A stretch of 64,000 bases of DNA from Octopus sinensis (Eukaryota). The position numbers and the translations under genes are program-made. Of this stretch, positions 63,023-64,000 are shown one piece after another. How positions within the stretch are numbered: position 1 is the first letter of the stretch; each line of letters starts with the position of its first letter. The stretch lies in the NCBI RefSeq assembly GCF_006345805.1, contig NC_043005.1, positions 95,914,001 through 95,978,000 on the forward strand, read 5' to 3'. The notes below the pieces were generated by a model. The model worked only from the letters and a program-made list of their open reading frames with translations. It was not told the DNA's origin and did no database searches.

Positions 63023-63349
63023 GGTATACTAATTTTGCAACCCAACTTTCACTGAGTCAACAACTTTCTTATTTGGCGGCTCAACTCAAGAATTTGCTTT
63101 CATTTGTCTGCTCAATTAGGAAAGACCTAGGTTTAACAACTACAACTATATTTTCATATGTAAGAAATCAATAAGGACAATTTGATAAGGTAGAGATTTA
63201 GGGGGGGGGATTGTTATAAAAAAATCACCACCACTCAAAGTGTTTTTAAATACGGACCATCCTTTGTTTTATCAGGAAAAGAAAAAAAAAACGACATACC
63301 GATTTCTCAGTGACAGCTTTTTCAAAACTCCGCCGAGAATTATTAGGAA

Positions 63350-63660
63350 CTAGCAGTATTACCCGGCGTTGCTCGGGTTTGTAAGGGAAATAACTATATA
63401 AGCATTTTTAGAGAGTTATATCCCTTATATAAATCGAGCAAAAATAGATTTAAAATGCGGAAAAATTATGGTAATTTTTTTTTAAATCGTAGACACGTCG
63501 TAGACACGTCGTAGACGCGCGCTAATACCCAGAAGGGCTCGATATGAATCCCTATATAAGATACCCGCTTTTGGTTAAACTGCACCGCAAAATGTGGGAG
63601 TAGTTAGGAATCTAAATCGAAGTAGACAGACACACACACAACTAGTTTTATATATAAAGA
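63350..63660 (-). mobile_element. Non-autonomous Helitron family A
   Basis: Mirror-orientation TC start and hairpin-CTAG end. Confidence 0.88.
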
Positions 63661-64000
63661 TATGTTTTCGAATGTGTAAGATTAAGGATTCTTTTTTAAA
63701 AATTTAAAACAAGAACTTTTATTTACATATGTTTTACAAAGAAAAGCAATCTATACGTTTTTAACTAAGAATTTATTCATGGTCATTGCACATAAAAAAA
63801 AATTAACATGGTTGGTAATATTCATTAGCACGATAAAATAAAATTTGTTGGCATGATGGTAACACATACAAAAATGTGTCCAAGTTTGGAAAAGACTAAC
63901 GTTTTGTAACTGAACATCTCGTCCTTTTTTTAAAATCCATCGTATATCAAATTATAATCTTAGATGCCTTTAAGATGATAGGATGTTGCTATTTCTGGAA

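Overview
AT-rich, microsatellite-dense eukaryotic DNA that is almost entirely repeat-derived. The SINE/LINE/MITE repertoire and (AT)n/(CA)n density suggest an octopod cephalopod (inference; no search run). There is one convincing host coding exon: a 374-aa type II membrane, fucosyltransferase-like glycosyltransferase on the minus strand (5937-7061), with a splice acceptor directly before its ATG. Mobile DNA includes two full-length but dead mariners plus mariner/Tc1/pogo fragments, a deleted piggyBac, several Helitrons, a long-TIR MITE, a near-complete CR1 LINE with a polyQ ORF1, an R4/Dong-type LINE fragment, a young 5'-truncated RTE LINE and many tRNA-derived SINEs. Two things stand out. (1) At least seven head-to-head fold-back elements, several carrying type I hammerhead-ribozyme motifs that read outward from the palindrome centre. 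They range from intact (853-980 and its mirror 168-295) to complementary-damaged pairs and a recurrent non-canonical CAGUGA-core variant; stand-alone hammerhead motifs occur at 32722-32754 and 8779-8833. Two palindromes also carry a conserved ATG-initiated peptide, consistent with Penelope-like retroelement/retrozyme termini. (2) A ~5.3-kb satellite built from ~15 tandem copies of the RTE ORF end plus 3'UTR, with ordered unit variants and a 1004-bp higher-order duplication. All folds and alignments were done by eye.
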